63,910 nt of DNA, filler included, from Myxococcota bacterium (GCA_049322255.1; 18 parts of 18 records of this genome joined end to end with filler, not necessarily neighbours in it), one strand, 5' to 3'. Counted from the first letter of the whole stretch, positions 50,119 to 62,730 are shown. The notes: generated by a model not told the origin, from the letters alone. Numbers and translations: made by a program.

Positions 50119-51257
50119 ACATCGTTTCCGCCGGCGTTCGTCGCTTGCAACGCTCCCACCACGGGCAGGTTCGTCGACGCGGTATGCCCAGCAAAGAGCA
50201 CCCCGTTCGGCACGCTGGAAACTCCGTAGGCCACGTCGGCCGAGCTGCCGCCGAAGTAGGTCGAGAACTGGAGCGTTCCGCTGGAACCGAGTCGGAAGAC
50301 GACGGCGTCTTGGCCTCCGCCGCTCGCCGGTTGTGCCGCCGTCAGGGTGGGGAAGTCATTCGAGAGAGTGAACCCAGCGAAGAGGAAATCCCCGCCGGCG
50401 ACGGGTGCGACGGCCAATGCTTCGTCATCTCCGGTGCCTCCCAGGTAGGTCGAGAACACCAAGGTGTTGGTCTGGGCGTTGATGTGCGTCACCACAGCGT
50501 CGAAGCCTCCCTGTCGGGCGATCTGGGTCGCTGACGCCACGGGGTAATTGGTCGAGTTGGTCGCTCCGACGAAGAGCGCGTTGTTGACGCACAACGGGCT
50601 GCACACGGGGACCACCAGCACCGCGTTGGCGCGGTCGGAGCCGGAGCCTCCGAGGTAGGAAGACCAGGAAAGCACTGGGTCGACCAACAGCGGCAGCTGG
50701 GAGTCCCGCTCGCCCACATCGAAACCCGCTTCGTTCGCTCCGCGCAGGCGCCACGAGGAAGGCAGTCGCCGCTGGCCCTGAAAAACCACGGGCGCGCGCT
50801 GCACCAGGCGCTCGCTTCCAAAGGTCGCCACCAACTGCCCCTCTTCGATGGTCAGCACCGTGCCGCGGCTGGCCACCAGCGCAAGGCCCTCCGGGTCCAC
50901 CCCGGCTTCGAGTCTCAAGTCGTATTCGACGGCGTCCCCTTCGAGGCGATAGACGAGGTCGACGCCCGGCAGGATTTCGAAGAACTCGACCCGGCCAAAC
51001 CTCGGCACGCGCTCGCGCCAGCGGGAGGGGTCGTCCCCCAGGTAGTAGTTCACTACCCCGGGAAGCACCTGGCGCCCGTTTCCCGGCTGCCGGCGGGCGC
51101 CGCTCCACTGCAAGCGCAAAGGCCCCCGCTGAACCCCGGTCGAGCCGATGGCGAGAAAGCCGTCGCGGGTGTGGGCGACGAAGGGCGCATCGACGGGAGC
51201 TTGACCTACGTTGGGCTCGAAGGCGGCCGCCAAGGCCACGACTGGAAGAAGGAGCAT
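50119..51257 (-). CDS. SBBP (beta-propeller) repeat protein (3'-truncated)
   Basis: FEPNVGQ; VNYYLG; DP.LSWSSYLGGSGSD; repeated STYLGG/G.T.S.NFP units. Confidence 0.85.
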
Positions 51258-51354
51258 GGGGACACCGAGTGTCGTTGCGGGCTCCACGATAGCCATTCCA
51301 GGGCTGAACGCGCGTCCCGTTCCCACGATTTTCAGCTCGGGGAACCAACGGCTC

Positions 51355-53045
51355 GTGAGAAATCAAGATTGTCCCTCCCCGTTGGCGCTCGAGCGCTACA
51401 TCGTGGACGAGCTTCCCCAAGGCCACCGGGCGCTCGTGCGCGAGCACCTGGCGAGCTGTTCGTCATGCGCCGATCGGATGCGGCAGATGCGGGCAGAGGT
51501 CGCCGCGTTTTCCTTGTCCCCGCGTTCGTTGGACGCCCGCGCGAGGTGGTCTCGCGTCGATCGCCGTTGGAGGAGAAGCGCCATGCTCGCTCTTGCTGTT
51601 CCTGCCCTCGCTGCTGCCTTGGTGGCCTCGGCTCCGTTTCTGCTGCCGCCCGATGAGGGCCGCGTGCCCTCTGCGTCTCCTTCGATGGTGCAGGCCCGGG
51701 CCGCCAGACATTTCACCCTGGAGCCGCGAGGCACCGCCCCCGTCCGTCTGCGGGAGCTTTCCATGCGAGGGGAGCGGGTGTCCTTCGGCCAAGGCTCGCT
51801 GGAGGCGGCCTTCGAGGGCGGCCGGCCTCAACCCTTCGTGCTCAAGCACACCGACGTGCGGGCCGAAGTCACCGGCTTCGTCTCTTCGGTGACGGTGACC
51901 CAGGAGTTCGACAACCCCTTCACCACGCCGGTGGAAGCCATCTACGTCTTTCCATTGCCCGACGACGCGGCGGTGGACCAGATGACGCTCACCGCGGGCG
52001 AGCGGGTCATCCGCGCCACCATTCAGAAGCGCGAGGAGGCACGTCGGCTCTACGAGGAGGCGAAAGCGCAAGGGCGGCGCGCGGCGCTGTTGGACCAGGA
52101 GCGCCCCAACATCTTCACCCAGTCGGTGGCCAATCTGCTGCCCGGCGAGCGAGTCAAAGTCACGCTGCACTACGTGGCGCCGCTTCGCTACGACGACGGG
52201 CTGTACACCTTCAATTTCCCCATGGTGGTGGGCCGCCGCTACATCCCCGGAGAGGCGCTGGCCGGCGAGGCGCAGGGCAGCGGGGTGGAACCGGACACCG
52301 ACCGGGTGCTCGACGCCTCGCGCATCTCGCCGCCGGAGGAGCGCACCGGCCGGGACATCAACGTCACCTTGAAGCTGGACGTGGGCGCGCCGGTGGAGGA
52401 ACTGCTCTCGCCTTCCCACCGGATGAACGTCGATTTCAGCTCGCAAGAGAAGGCCCAAGTGACGCTGGCGGCGTCTGACCGCATTCCAAACAAGGATTTC
52501 ATCTTGCGCTGGAAGGTGACCGGGCCTTCCAAACGGGCGGCGCTCTTGGCCACTGGAGGACGCGGGGGAACTTTCGCCCTGATGTTGATGCCCGAGTCGG
52601 CTGAGGTGCAGCGTGCTCCCGTCCCCAAGGAGATGGTCTTCGTCATCGACACCTCTTGCTCGATGGCCGGTGCGCCTTTGGACGCGGCCAAACGCGCGAT
52701 GCGCTCGGCCTTGGAACAGATGAACCCCGACGACACCTTCATGCTCATCGACTTCGCCGACCGCGCCACCGCGTTTCACGATTCGCCGCTGCCCAACATT
52801 CCCTCGTTGGTGAGCCGGGCCACCTCGTACTTGTCGGCGCTGCCAGCTGCGGGCGGGACCAACCAGCTCGCGGGGCTCTTGCGCGCGCTTCAGCTCCCGA
52901 AGGACCCCCAGCGGCTGCGCCTGGTGCTCTTGATGACCGATGGCTTCATCGGCAACGAAAGTGAAATCCTCGCCGCCGCCGAGCGGGAGCTGGGTGAGGC
53001 ACGGGTGTTCGGCTTCGGAGTGGGCGCCAACGTCAACCATTACCT
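51355..53045 (+). CDS. zf-HC2 + TM + VIT + vWA protein (3'-truncated)
   Basis: HLASCSSC; one TM; QEFDNP...EAIYVFPLP...FTQSVANL (VIT); FVIDTSCSM and MTDG (vWA). Confidence 0.88.
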
Positions 53046-53193
53046 NNNNNNNNNNNNNNNNNNNNNNNNNNNNNNNNNNNNNNNNNNNNTTAATTAATTA
53101 ANNNNNNNNNNNNNNNNNNNNNNNNNNNNNNNNNNNNNNNNNNNNCACTCGATTGGCTTGACGGCTGCGGGCGCGGGCAGCGAAGTAGCCACG

Positions 53194-54318
53194 GTGTCCT
53201 CCGCTGCGCCGTTGAGAGAGCTCGTGCGTCTGTTCTTGCGCCTGGGGGCGACTGCCTTCGGAGGTCCCGCCGCCCACATCGCGATGATGGAAGACGAGGT
53301 GGTCGAGCGTCGCCGTTGGCTCTCCAAGGAGGAGTTCCTCGACTTGGTGGGAGCCACCAACCTCATCCCCGGCCCCAACTCCACCGAAATGGCGATTCAC
53401 ATCGGCCATCGAGTCGCTGGTTGGCCTGGGCTCTTCGTGGCCGGCATTTGTTTCATCGTCCCCGCGGTGGCGCTGACCCTCCTGGTCGCATGGGCGTACG
53501 TCGAGTACGGCGCGCTCCCGGAAGGCAGGGCGGTGCTCTACGGCATCAAGCCGGTGATGGTGGTCGTCGTGCTGCAGGCCATCTGGCGGCTGGGAAGAGC
53601 GGCGCTCAAGGGCCCGCTGGCGTGGGGGGTGGCCGCAGTGGCGCTGGGGGCGGCGTTCTTCGAGGTGAACGAGCTGGTGGTGCTCTTCGGCGCGGGCTTG
53701 TTGCTCCTGGCGATTCGCGGGGTGCCGAGGAGGAAGGGGGCTTTGCTGGTGGCGTGGCCGCTCGCTCTTCCGGTGGTGGCGCTGGGAGGGGTGCCCGTCA
53801 CCTCCGAGCGGCTGTTTTGGGTCTTCTTGAAAATCGGCTCGGTGCTCTTCGGCAGCGGCTACGTGCTGCTGGCCTTTTTGCGTGCCGACTTGGTCGAGCG
53901 GCTGGGGTGGTTGCGCCCCGAGCAGTTGCTCGACGCCATCGCCGCGGGGCAGGTGACGCCGGGCCCGGTGTTCTCCACCGCGACCTTCATCGGCTACGTG
54001 CTCGCTGGCCCGGCGGGAGCGGCGGCAGCCACCTTGGGCATATTCCTCCCCGCGTTCCTCTTCGTCGCCTTGAGTGGCCCCTTGGTGCCGCGGCTGCGCC
54101 AGTCATGGTGGGCAGGGGCGCTCCTCGACGGGGTGAACATCGGCGCGTGGGCGCTGATGGCGGCAGTAACTGTCCGATTGGCCAAGGAAGCGGTGGTGGA
54201 CTTGCCGAGCGTTCTTTTCGCCTTGGTCGCGGCGGTGGCGCTGCTTCGCTTTCGGCTCAACTCGACGTGGTTGGTGGCCGGAGGCGCTTTGGCGGGGCTC
54301 GTCGGGAGTTACCTCTAG
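53194..54318 (+). CDS. chrA: Chromate efflux transporter (CHR family)
   Basis: LGATAFGGPAAHI; PGPNSTE; GSVLFGSGY; QVTPGP; start uncertain. Confidence 0.93.
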   Translation: MSSAAPLRELVRLFLRLGATAFGGPAAHIAMMEDEVVERRRWLSKEEFLDLVGATNLIPGPNSTEMAIHIGHRVAGWPGLFVAGICFIVPAVALTLLVAWAYVEYGALPEGRAVLYGIKPVMVVVVLQAIWRLGRAALKGPLAWGVAAVALGAAFFEVNELVVLFGAGLLLLAIRGVPRRKGALLVAWPLALPVVALGGVPVTSERLFWVFLKIGSVLFGSGYVLLAFLRADLVERLGWLRPEQLLDAIAAGQVTPGPVFSTATFIGYVLAGPAGAAAATLGIFLPAFLFVALSGPLVPRLRQSWWAGALLDGVNIGAWALMAAVTVRLAKEAVVDLPSVLFALVAAVALLRFRLNSTWLVAGGALAGLVGSYL

Positions 54319-54398
54319 CGTGCCGCGATGAGCTCGAGGCGGGTGTATGCGGCGGCGGAGGCCTGGTGCTGTGGGGCGTGCGGTGGCCCAGGGCGACT

Positions 54399-54971
54399 TT
54401 AAGGGCGCTTCTGGGAGTTGATGATCGCCATCATCGACTTGACCGTCTGCTCGAGCAGGCCCGGGTCGCTGCAGAAGGCATAGGCCACCACCGAGAGGTT
54501 TTGGGGGCCGAAGTGGTTGTCGATGTACGCCGCCGAGGCTCGGTCGTTCTGGTCGGCCGCAGCGGTGAGGTTGAAGATGGTCTCCCGGCCGTCGGCCTCG
54601 AGCAGCTTGACGGTCTGGGTCGAGGTGGCGACCTGAATGTTGCTCGCCTGCCAGCCGCGCGAAAGCTGGTCCAGCTTGCCCTTCACGTAGTTGTTGTGGG
54701 TGTCGGGGCTGCCCACCGTCTCGAAGTGCAAGAACCCCTCGCAGCTGCTGATGCGGTCGACGAAGTCGAAGACGTACTTGCCCGGCACATCGACGTGGTC
54801 GGGGACGTCGACGTGCGCGGGGACGGTGTAGTCGGCGCCCAGCACCGAAATGGTCACCGGCTTTCCCTTTTCGCGGGGCAGCGGCTGCGGCACGTGCGTC
54901 GCCGAGTTGGTGGTGGCGCAACCGCCTCCGAGGCAGAGGGCGACGATGGCGAGCAGCGAGGGCTTGTGCAT
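54399..54971 (-). CDS. Hypothetical lipoprotein
   Basis: Lipobox GGC; RBS GGAG. Confidence 0.65.
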   Translation of the reverse strand: MHKPSLLAIVALCLGGGCATTNSATHVPQPLPREKGKPVTISVLGADYTVPAHVDVPDHVDVPGKYVFDFVDRISSCEGFLHFETVGSPDTHNNYVKGKLDQLSRGWQASNIQVATSTQTVKLLEADGRETIFNLTAAADQNDRASAAYIDNHFGPQNLSVVAYAFCSDPGLLEQTVKSMMAIINSQKRP

Positions 54972-55032
54972 GGCGGTCTCCGAGAATCGAGGGCGCCTCG
55001 TTTAGATCGACACCGCTCATTGCACAAGCAAG

Positions 55033-55431
55033 CTAGAGGGCGTCGGGGTCCCACTCGTCGAGGGGGCGCGGCTTCTTTTCCTCCTTCTTGGTTGCCTCCT
55101 TGGGCTTCTCTTCCTTCTTCTTCGCAGAGGGCTTGGGCGCAGGGGATGCCGACGTCGGCGAGTCTGCCTCCTTGGGCTTTTCGGGCGTGGAGACATTGGC
55201 GCGGTGCAGGTCGAGCTGCTCTTCGAGGCAACCGTCGTTCTTCTTCTCGCAGCGGCCCAGGCACTGGGCGAGCTTGGGCCGCAGCTTGATGCTGGTGCCG
55301 AACTCGATGGTGCAATCCTCGCGGCAGCTGGCGAAGGCGTCGGCGCAGAGGCGGGCCGGAGTCGTCTCGTCTTCCGCGCGTGCTGGTAGCGCTGCGAGCG
55401 CCAGCCCAAAGAACATCGTCCACCGAGCCAC
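55033..55431 (-). CDS. Small secreted Cys-rich protein
   Basis: Signal peptide ending PARA; six Cys in CX6CX3C...CX3CX6C; charged tail; start uncertain. Confidence 0.55.
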   Translation of the reverse strand: MARWTMFFGLALAALPARAEDETTPARLCADAFASCREDCTIEFGTSIKLRPKLAQCLGRCEKKNDGCLEEQLDLHRANVSTPEKPKEADSPTSASPAPKPSAKKKEEKPKEATKKEEKKPRPLDEWDPDAL

Positions 55432-55500
55432 GACCAAAGGGTACCAGCGATGCGGGGTGGATGCCCGGTCAGGCACGTCAATTGCTCGCGTAGGTGACCC

Positions 55501-56057
55501 ATGCGCTTCCTTCCCTTGTGGTTGTGGCTTCTCGCCCGCATGGCGTTCGCGGCCGGAGAGCCGCGCTTGCAGATGGGCGACATCGTCTTCCACACCTCCC
55601 GCTCCGCCCAGTCGAAGGCGATTCAGCTCGCCACCCACAGCCCCTACAGCCACGTGGGGGTGGTGGAGGTCGCCACCGACGGGGTGTTCGTCATCGAAGC
55701 GGTGCAGCCGGTGTCCCGTACACCCTGGGAGAAATGGCGGCGGCGCGGCGAAGGTGGCAAGGTGATGGTGATGCGGGCGGCGCTCGACGAAGCAGCGCGG
55801 CGCCGGGTGGTGAGTGTGGCCCGCGCCTGGGTGGGGCAGCCGTACGATGCGCGCTTCGAGTGGGGCGATGAGGCGCTGTACTGCTCCGAGTTGGTGCACA
55901 AGGCATTTGGGCGCGGAGCAGGTGTCGCGCTGGGCAAACTGCAGCGGCTGGGCGAGCTCGACCTGGCTCCGGTGCGCGCCGCGGCTCGGGCTCGGTACGG
56001 AGGCGATGTTCCCGAGGCCCTCCTGCTGGTGACGCCAGCGTCGATCGCTGCCGACAA
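55501..56057 (+). CDS. YiiX/YebB permuted papain-like (NlpC/P60) enzyme (3'-truncated)
   Basis: GDIVFHTSRS.QS.AIQLATHS.YSHVG; GQPYD; YCSELV. Confidence 0.9.
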
Positions 56058-56157
56058 NNNNNNNNNNNNNNNNNNNNNNNNNNNNNNNNNNNNNNNNNNN
56101 NTTAATTAATTAANNNNNNNNNNNNNNNNNNNNNNNNNNNNNNNNNNNNNNNNNNNN

Positions 56158-57718
<1,561 letters not shown>

Positions 57719-57775
57719 GGAGACGCTCCCGAGGATACCGCGCCTTTACCGAGATACGAATCGGCGGCGGTTTGG

Positions 57776-58489
57776 CTAGCTCACGTAGAGGTCGCTGTCA
57801 TGAACGGCGGCCACCGGCTTGGTCTGCCCCGCGCGGAAGACGGCCCCGTAGGTGTTGCCGCCCGCACCGAAGTCGATCGCCACGAACTTCTCGCCGCTGG
57901 CCGGGTCTTTCAGCTGGCGGACCTCGATTTGACCTTCGTCCACCGAGGCGAACACCTCCGCCAACGTGCTCACCTCGTACTCGGACGCGAGCGCGGCGGC
58001 GATGATCTGCTTCTCCAAGAGAGAGGAGCGCACCTGAGAGGCGCCGGTGAAGGTCTTCTCCGATTCGGTGGTCATGCGCTCGAGGAAGTCGGCGAAGACT
58101 TCTCCGTTTTTGGGGCCCGCCCCGACGCCGGCGAGCTTGAGCGACTTGGCCAGCTCGACCGCCAGCTTGCCGGAGAGCGACATCTTCTTCACCTCGCTCG
58201 CCGAGAGGCCGTTCTTGTCGAGGTCGTAGCTCTCCACCATGTGCTTACGGGCATAGGTGACGGCCTTCTGCACGTCCTGCGCGGTGACCTGGGCACCCTT
58301 CTTGTGGTCTCGGTGGTCGATGAAGCGGAAGAAGACGTCCACCAGCTTCTTCTCCCCCCCGTTGAGCTTTTCCACCGCTTTCTTCGCCTCGGTGCGGCTG
58401 ATGCGGCCATCCTTGCCGCCGGCCTTCACCAGAAGTTCGCCCGCATGCTCCAAGGCGCGGTTCACGGCGGTCTTTGCAATGCGGGCCAT
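57776..58489 (-). CDS. Hypothetical protein with EF-hand-like N-terminal motifs
   Basis: GKDGRISRTE and DLDKNGLSASE; RBS AGGAG. Confidence 0.6.
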   Translation of the reverse strand: MARIAKTAVNRALEHAGELLVKAGGKDGRISRTEAKKAVEKLNGGEKKLVDVFFRFIDHRDHKKGAQVTAQDVQKAVTYARKHMVESYDLDKNGLSASEVKKMSLSGKLAVELAKSLKLAGVGAGPKNGEVFADFLERMTTESEKTFTGASQVRSSLLEKQIIAAALASEYEVSTLAEVFASVDEGQIEVRQLKDPASGEKFVAIDFGAGGNTYGAVFRAGQTKPVAAVHDSDLYVS

Positions 58490-58507
58490 GGTTTTCTCCT
58501 CGAGAGT

Positions 58508-58864
58508 TTATTCAGCCGTTTCCCAACCGAGCGCCGTGGATTCGTCGCGCAAAAGTTGCCCCAGCGCCACCAGCAAGGACACGTCTCCCTTGGCCTTCAG
58601 CGCCCCCGAGCCCACGGCGGTGGAGGGCTCGAGCTCGCCCTCCAGCCAAGCCTCGAAGGTCTTCTTGGACATCGAGAGCCGAAGCTCCGCCGCCGGGTCC
58701 AGCCCTTTGACCACCGGCTCCTCGTGGGCAAAGCGCAGCGTCCACTTGCCGGCGCCGTCGATGTCGAAGGCGATGCGTCCCTCGTGGCTGAAGTAGGTGT
58801 TGAGGTTGCGCACCGCGAAGAAGGGCAGCCCCACCACGAAAAACCGCGTCACCCCGTCGGTTGC
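58508..58864 (-). CDS. SCP2 sterol-binding domain protein (5'-truncated)
   Basis: FDIDGAGKW...GELEP..AV.SG.LKAKGD. Confidence 0.8.
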   Translation of the reverse strand, partial: ATDGVTRFFVVGLPFFAVRNLNTYFSHEGRIAFDIDGAGKWTLRFAHEEPVVKGLDPAAELRLSMSKKTFEAWLEGELEPSTAVGSGALKAKGDVSLLVALGQLLRDESTALGWETAE

Positions 58865-58964
58865 NNNNNNNNNNNNNNNNNNNNNNNNNNNNNNNNNNNN
58901 NNNNNNNNTTAATTAATTAANNNNNNNNNNNNNNNNNNNNNNNNNNNNNNNNNNNNNNNNNNNN

Positions 58965-59087
58965 CCACCTCGCGATGGCGCTGCACGCAAGACTCGGTAC
59001 CAGCAATGCGTCTTTTGCTGGACGGGCCTGCCCGCCTGCTTATCGCAGGGCGTTTTCCCGCTGGTCGACGGCAACTTCGTGACGCAC
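58965..59087 (-). mobile_element. Group II intron, 5' end of domain I (copy B)
   Basis: Minus strand ...gtcgctccAT|GTGCGTCACG...; identical to copy A over 13240-13364 vs 58967-59091; flanks diverge beyond CGC(G/T)CCAT. Confidence 0.8.
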
Positions 59088-59183
59088 ATGGAGCGACACC
59101 CTACGGCACTCGCGTCCCCTCCGCGACGGCCAGTTTTTTGACCGCAGGGCCAGGTGGCTACAGCCTTGTGGCAGGAGGTGTCC

Positions 59184-59636
59184 ATGCGCGAGACGAGGGA
59201 ACGCCGCTACACCCCACGCGAGCCGCTCTTTCAGGGCCGCCGCCGGTACCCACGCGTCTTTCTCGATCTCGACTGGTTCCTCGAATCAGAAGGCTGCTCG
59301 ACCCTGGGCCGCGGCCTGGAGGTCTCCTTGCGCGGCGCGCTCTTGCCCGTGGCGCGTACGGGCAACCTCACCGCCGCCGTTACCCTCTACCTCTCCCTCC
59401 CGGCGCGCCCGCGGATGTTCAAGGCCAAGGGGCGTGCGGTGCCCCGACAAGGACCCACCGGCTGGGTGATTCAGTTCAGCGACGTCGAAGACGAGGATTT
59501 GCGCCTTTTGGGCGAGACGCTTCTGGAAGAGTACGGGCTTTCCGCTCTTCCGGGATTGGATCGGAAGTACGAGCGCTTCGTCGGCCTACACCGCCGGTAT
59601 TTGCGCTCCTCGCTGTCACCTTCGGCTCCAAGGTAG
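59184..59636 (+). CDS. PilZ-domain protein
   Basis: RBS AGGAGGT; RRYPR; EVSLRG (variant of D/NxSxxG). Confidence 0.7.
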   Translation: MRETRERRYTPREPLFQGRRRYPRVFLDLDWFLESEGCSTLGRGLEVSLRGALLPVARTGNLTAAVTLYLSLPARPRMFKAKGRAVPRQGPTGWVIQFSDVEDEDLRLLGETLLEEYGLSALPGLDRKYERFVGLHRRYLRSSLSPSAPR

Positions 59637-59851
59637 GATAGGACGCAACTGGTGCCCCGCCTGGGCGACAATTCCGGCGGGGTGGTATAGGCGCCCGACC
59701 TTTCGGAGGTGGTATGTCCGCGGTACGCAAAGGGATTCGAGCTGGAGCGGCGTTGGCCATTCGCGCCTCCCCCGCGGGGCCGGCGATGCCGTGGAGCGCT
59801 CCGGGGGCGCGACGCAGCCCGCTCAAGGGTACCTCGTGGGCCAGCGAATGG

Positions 59852-61524
59852 GTGGCGCGTGTGCTGGTGGTCGAGCCCGACGACAGCGCCCGGTCGATTT
59901 TGCAAGTGGCGCTCACCCGCGACGGCTTCGACGTCACCGCGGTGCGCACCGCCGAGGAGGCCAAGCGTGCCCTCGCCCTGGGCCGGCCGCTTCCGAACGT
60001 GGTGGTGGTGGAGGCGGAGCTGCGCGGGGCCGACGGGTTCAGCTTCTGCGAGCAGCTACGCACCGAGCCGCGCACCGCGGCGGTTCCAGTCATCGTCCTG
60101 TCGCGCAAAGAAGAGCACTTTCATCCCGGGCTGGCTTCGGGGGTGGGGGCCGACGATTACTTGCCCAAGCCCATTTTCGTGAAGGACGTGGTGGCGCTGG
60201 TACGCCTCAAATGTGCGCCGCGCTCGGCCGACGGGGGCGCGATGCTCTCGGCCGCGACGCTGCCCTTGCCGATGATGCTCCGGGCGCTGCTTGCGGGAAC
60301 GCGCTCGGGCCGCATCGAGCTCGGCGGGCGGGGCCGCATCTCCTTCCGCCAAGGCAAAGTCATCGCCGCCTCCTTCGAGAGTAGCCGTGACGCCGAGGCG
60401 CTCATGCGCGCGCTGCTTTTGGCAGCGGGAGAGTACACCGTCTACTTGGGCCCTGCGCTGGGGCGGCCGAGCTTCTCCTTCGGCCTGCGCGAGCTGGTGA
60501 CCGGGGCCTTTCCGCGCATCGCGCGCTGGCAGCAGCTGGCCTCGCGCTCGGTGCCCCTCGACGCCCTCTTGGTCGTCGACTTTCCTGCGCTCGCGGCGGC
60601 GCTCGCTTCGCTGCCCGACGCGGTGAACGCCCTGGTGCGCCTCTTCGATGGCCGGCGGACGGTGCGCGACGTGCTGTGCGAAAGCGGGCTCGACGAGGTG
60701 ACCGCGCTCGAGGTGGTCACCCGTTTGTACACGATGGGGGTGGTCGTTCCCGCCGAGCCCGAGGAGGAGCTCGTCTTCCCCCGGCCCTCCCCGGCGCTCT
60801 TCGAGCCCGCTCCCAAGGAAGCGGAGGAGCGTCTGCGCGAGCTCTTTGGCGACTCGGTGCCTCCGCACGTCTCGCAGCCCTCCCCCGTGCCGGCAAGCGA
60901 CTGGTACGACGAGCTCCCGTTCGAGGGCGAAGGCCCCCGTTCTCTGCCGCCCGAGCTGGAGCGCCAGCTGGAGGCTTTTCGCATCGGGGAAGTCTTCGAG
61001 CCTCCCGAGCCCAAGAGGTCCGACCTGCGTGACTTCGCGTTGGGATTGTGGGAGCCGGAGCAGGGCGCCTCGATCGAGAAGGTGTTCACCCGTGCTCCGA
61101 TTCTGCTCACTCGACCGTTCGCGCCCAACGAGCACCTCGAGCACCTGGAGGAGCAGTTCTTCCACGAGGGTCTGGCCGTCGAGGCATCCCTTCCTTTGCC
61201 CGAGGTGGCTTCGCCGCCGTCGACATGGCGGAAGGTCGGCGTGGGGCTTTCGGCGCTCGTTCTCGTGGGTGGCGCAGGTCTTCTCACGTGGAAGCTCAAG
61301 CAGACGCCGCCCGTGGTGATGGCCGAGCCGTTGGAAATCATCGCCGAGGTCGAGCCCGCCGCGCCCAGCTCGGCGCTCGCCGAGGGCGTGGCGCTCTACG
61401 AAGCGGGCAACTTCTCCGCGGCGGTGAAGCTGCTGACACGGGCGGTGGAGGCCGAGCCGGCCCGCGCCCACGCCTGGTTGATGCTTGGCCTGGCGCGCTT
61501 CGATGCCGGCGACCCCAAGGGGGC
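59852..61524 (+). CDS. Atypical response-regulator receiver + DUF4388-like + TM + TPR protein (3'-truncated)
   Basis: RVLVVEPD; VVVVEAEL; GADDYLPKP; RSGRIEL..GRISFRQGKVIAA; C-terminal TPR. Confidence 0.8.
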
Positions 61525-61767
61525 NNNNNNNNNNNNNNNNNNNNNNNNNNNNNNNNNNNNNNNNNNNNTTAATTAATTAANNNNNNNNNNNNNNNNNNNN
61601 NNNNNNNNNNNNNNNNNNNNNNNNCGCGCTGCTTGGGGTTCGTGTCTTCCGCCACGGCCATGAGAAACCTCAGAAGTTCAGCGGCCTTACGCCGACAAGG
61701 AGAGGGCGCGGTATAACGTCGCGTTCCGTGCCCTGTCAACGCACCGTTGGAGGGGGAGGACAGAGGC

Positions 61768-62730
61768 GTGGCGATTTACACCCAGCTGACGCAAGAGGAC
61801 TTCGCGAGCATCTCCCAGGCCTTCGGGTTGGGAAGGGTCATCGAGGCGCGTCTCATTCCCCAAGGGTCGATCAACACCAACGCCTTCTTGGCGTGCGAAC
61901 GGGGTCGCTTCTTCTTGCGCCACACCACCGTGCGCTCGGGGGACGACCTGCGCTTCGAAGCAGAGTTGCTCGCACACCTGCACGAGTCGCGCTTCCCCGC
62001 GCCGGTGATGCTGCGCACGCGTGAAGGCCTTCCGTTCGTGGAGCGGGCCGGCGGGCGGGCGTGCGTCTTTTCCTACGTCGCGGGCGAGGAGCTGACGCGC
62101 GCCTCCTTCACCCCGGAGCATGCCGAGGCCCTGGGGCGTCAGCTGGGCAAGCTCCACCGCGTCGCCCAGAGCTTCTCGGGGCGGCGGCAGAACCCCTACG
62201 GGCAGGCGACGGTTCGCGCTTGGCTACAGGAGCTGTCGCGGCACCCGAACACCGAATTGGTGCCGCTCGCCGGCGAGCTTTTGGGTTACCTCGAAAAGGC
62301 GGTGGCGTTCGACCGGGGGTTGGCCCCGCGGGGCGTCATCCACGCCGACCTCTTCATGGACAACGTGAAGTGGCTGGGCAGCCGGGTGTCCGCCTTCATC
62401 GACTTCGAGATGGCTTGCTTCGACGAGTGGGCGCTCGACGTCGCGGTGACGCTCAACGCCTGGTGCTTCGATGGGCGTTACTTGAAAGCGCACGCGAAAG
62501 GGCTGGTGCGCGGCTACGTGGAGGAGCGGCCCTTCGTCGCCGTCGAGCACCAGGCGCTCTTTGCCCAGGCGCTCTTCGGGGCGGTGCGCTTCGCGGCCTC
62601 CCGCATTCGCGACTTCCACCTCTCGCCGCTGCCGCCCGACAAGCTCGCCCGCAAGGACTTCCGCACTTACCTTTCGCGCGCGCGTGCCCTGGCGGCGATG
62701 GGCCCCGACGGTTTTGGGGCGCTGCTTTAG
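61768..62730 (+). CDS. thrB: Homoserine kinase type II (APH-like)
   Basis: MAIYTQL; GSINTN; GVIHADLF.DNV; IDFE; DVAVTLNAWC; RIRDF. Confidence 0.88.
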   Translation: MAIYTQLTQEDFASISQAFGLGRVIEARLIPQGSINTNAFLACERGRFFLRHTTVRSGDDLRFEAELLAHLHESRFPAPVMLRTREGLPFVERAGGRACVFSYVAGEELTRASFTPEHAEALGRQLGKLHRVAQSFSGRRQNPYGQATVRAWLQELSRHPNTELVPLAGELLGYLEKAVAFDRGLAPRGVIHADLFMDNVKWLGSRVSAFIDFEMACFDEWALDVAVTLNAWCFDGRYLKAHAKGLVRGYVEERPFVAVEHQALFAQALFGAVRFAASRIRDFHLSPLPPDKLARKDFRTYLSRARALAAMGPDGFGALL

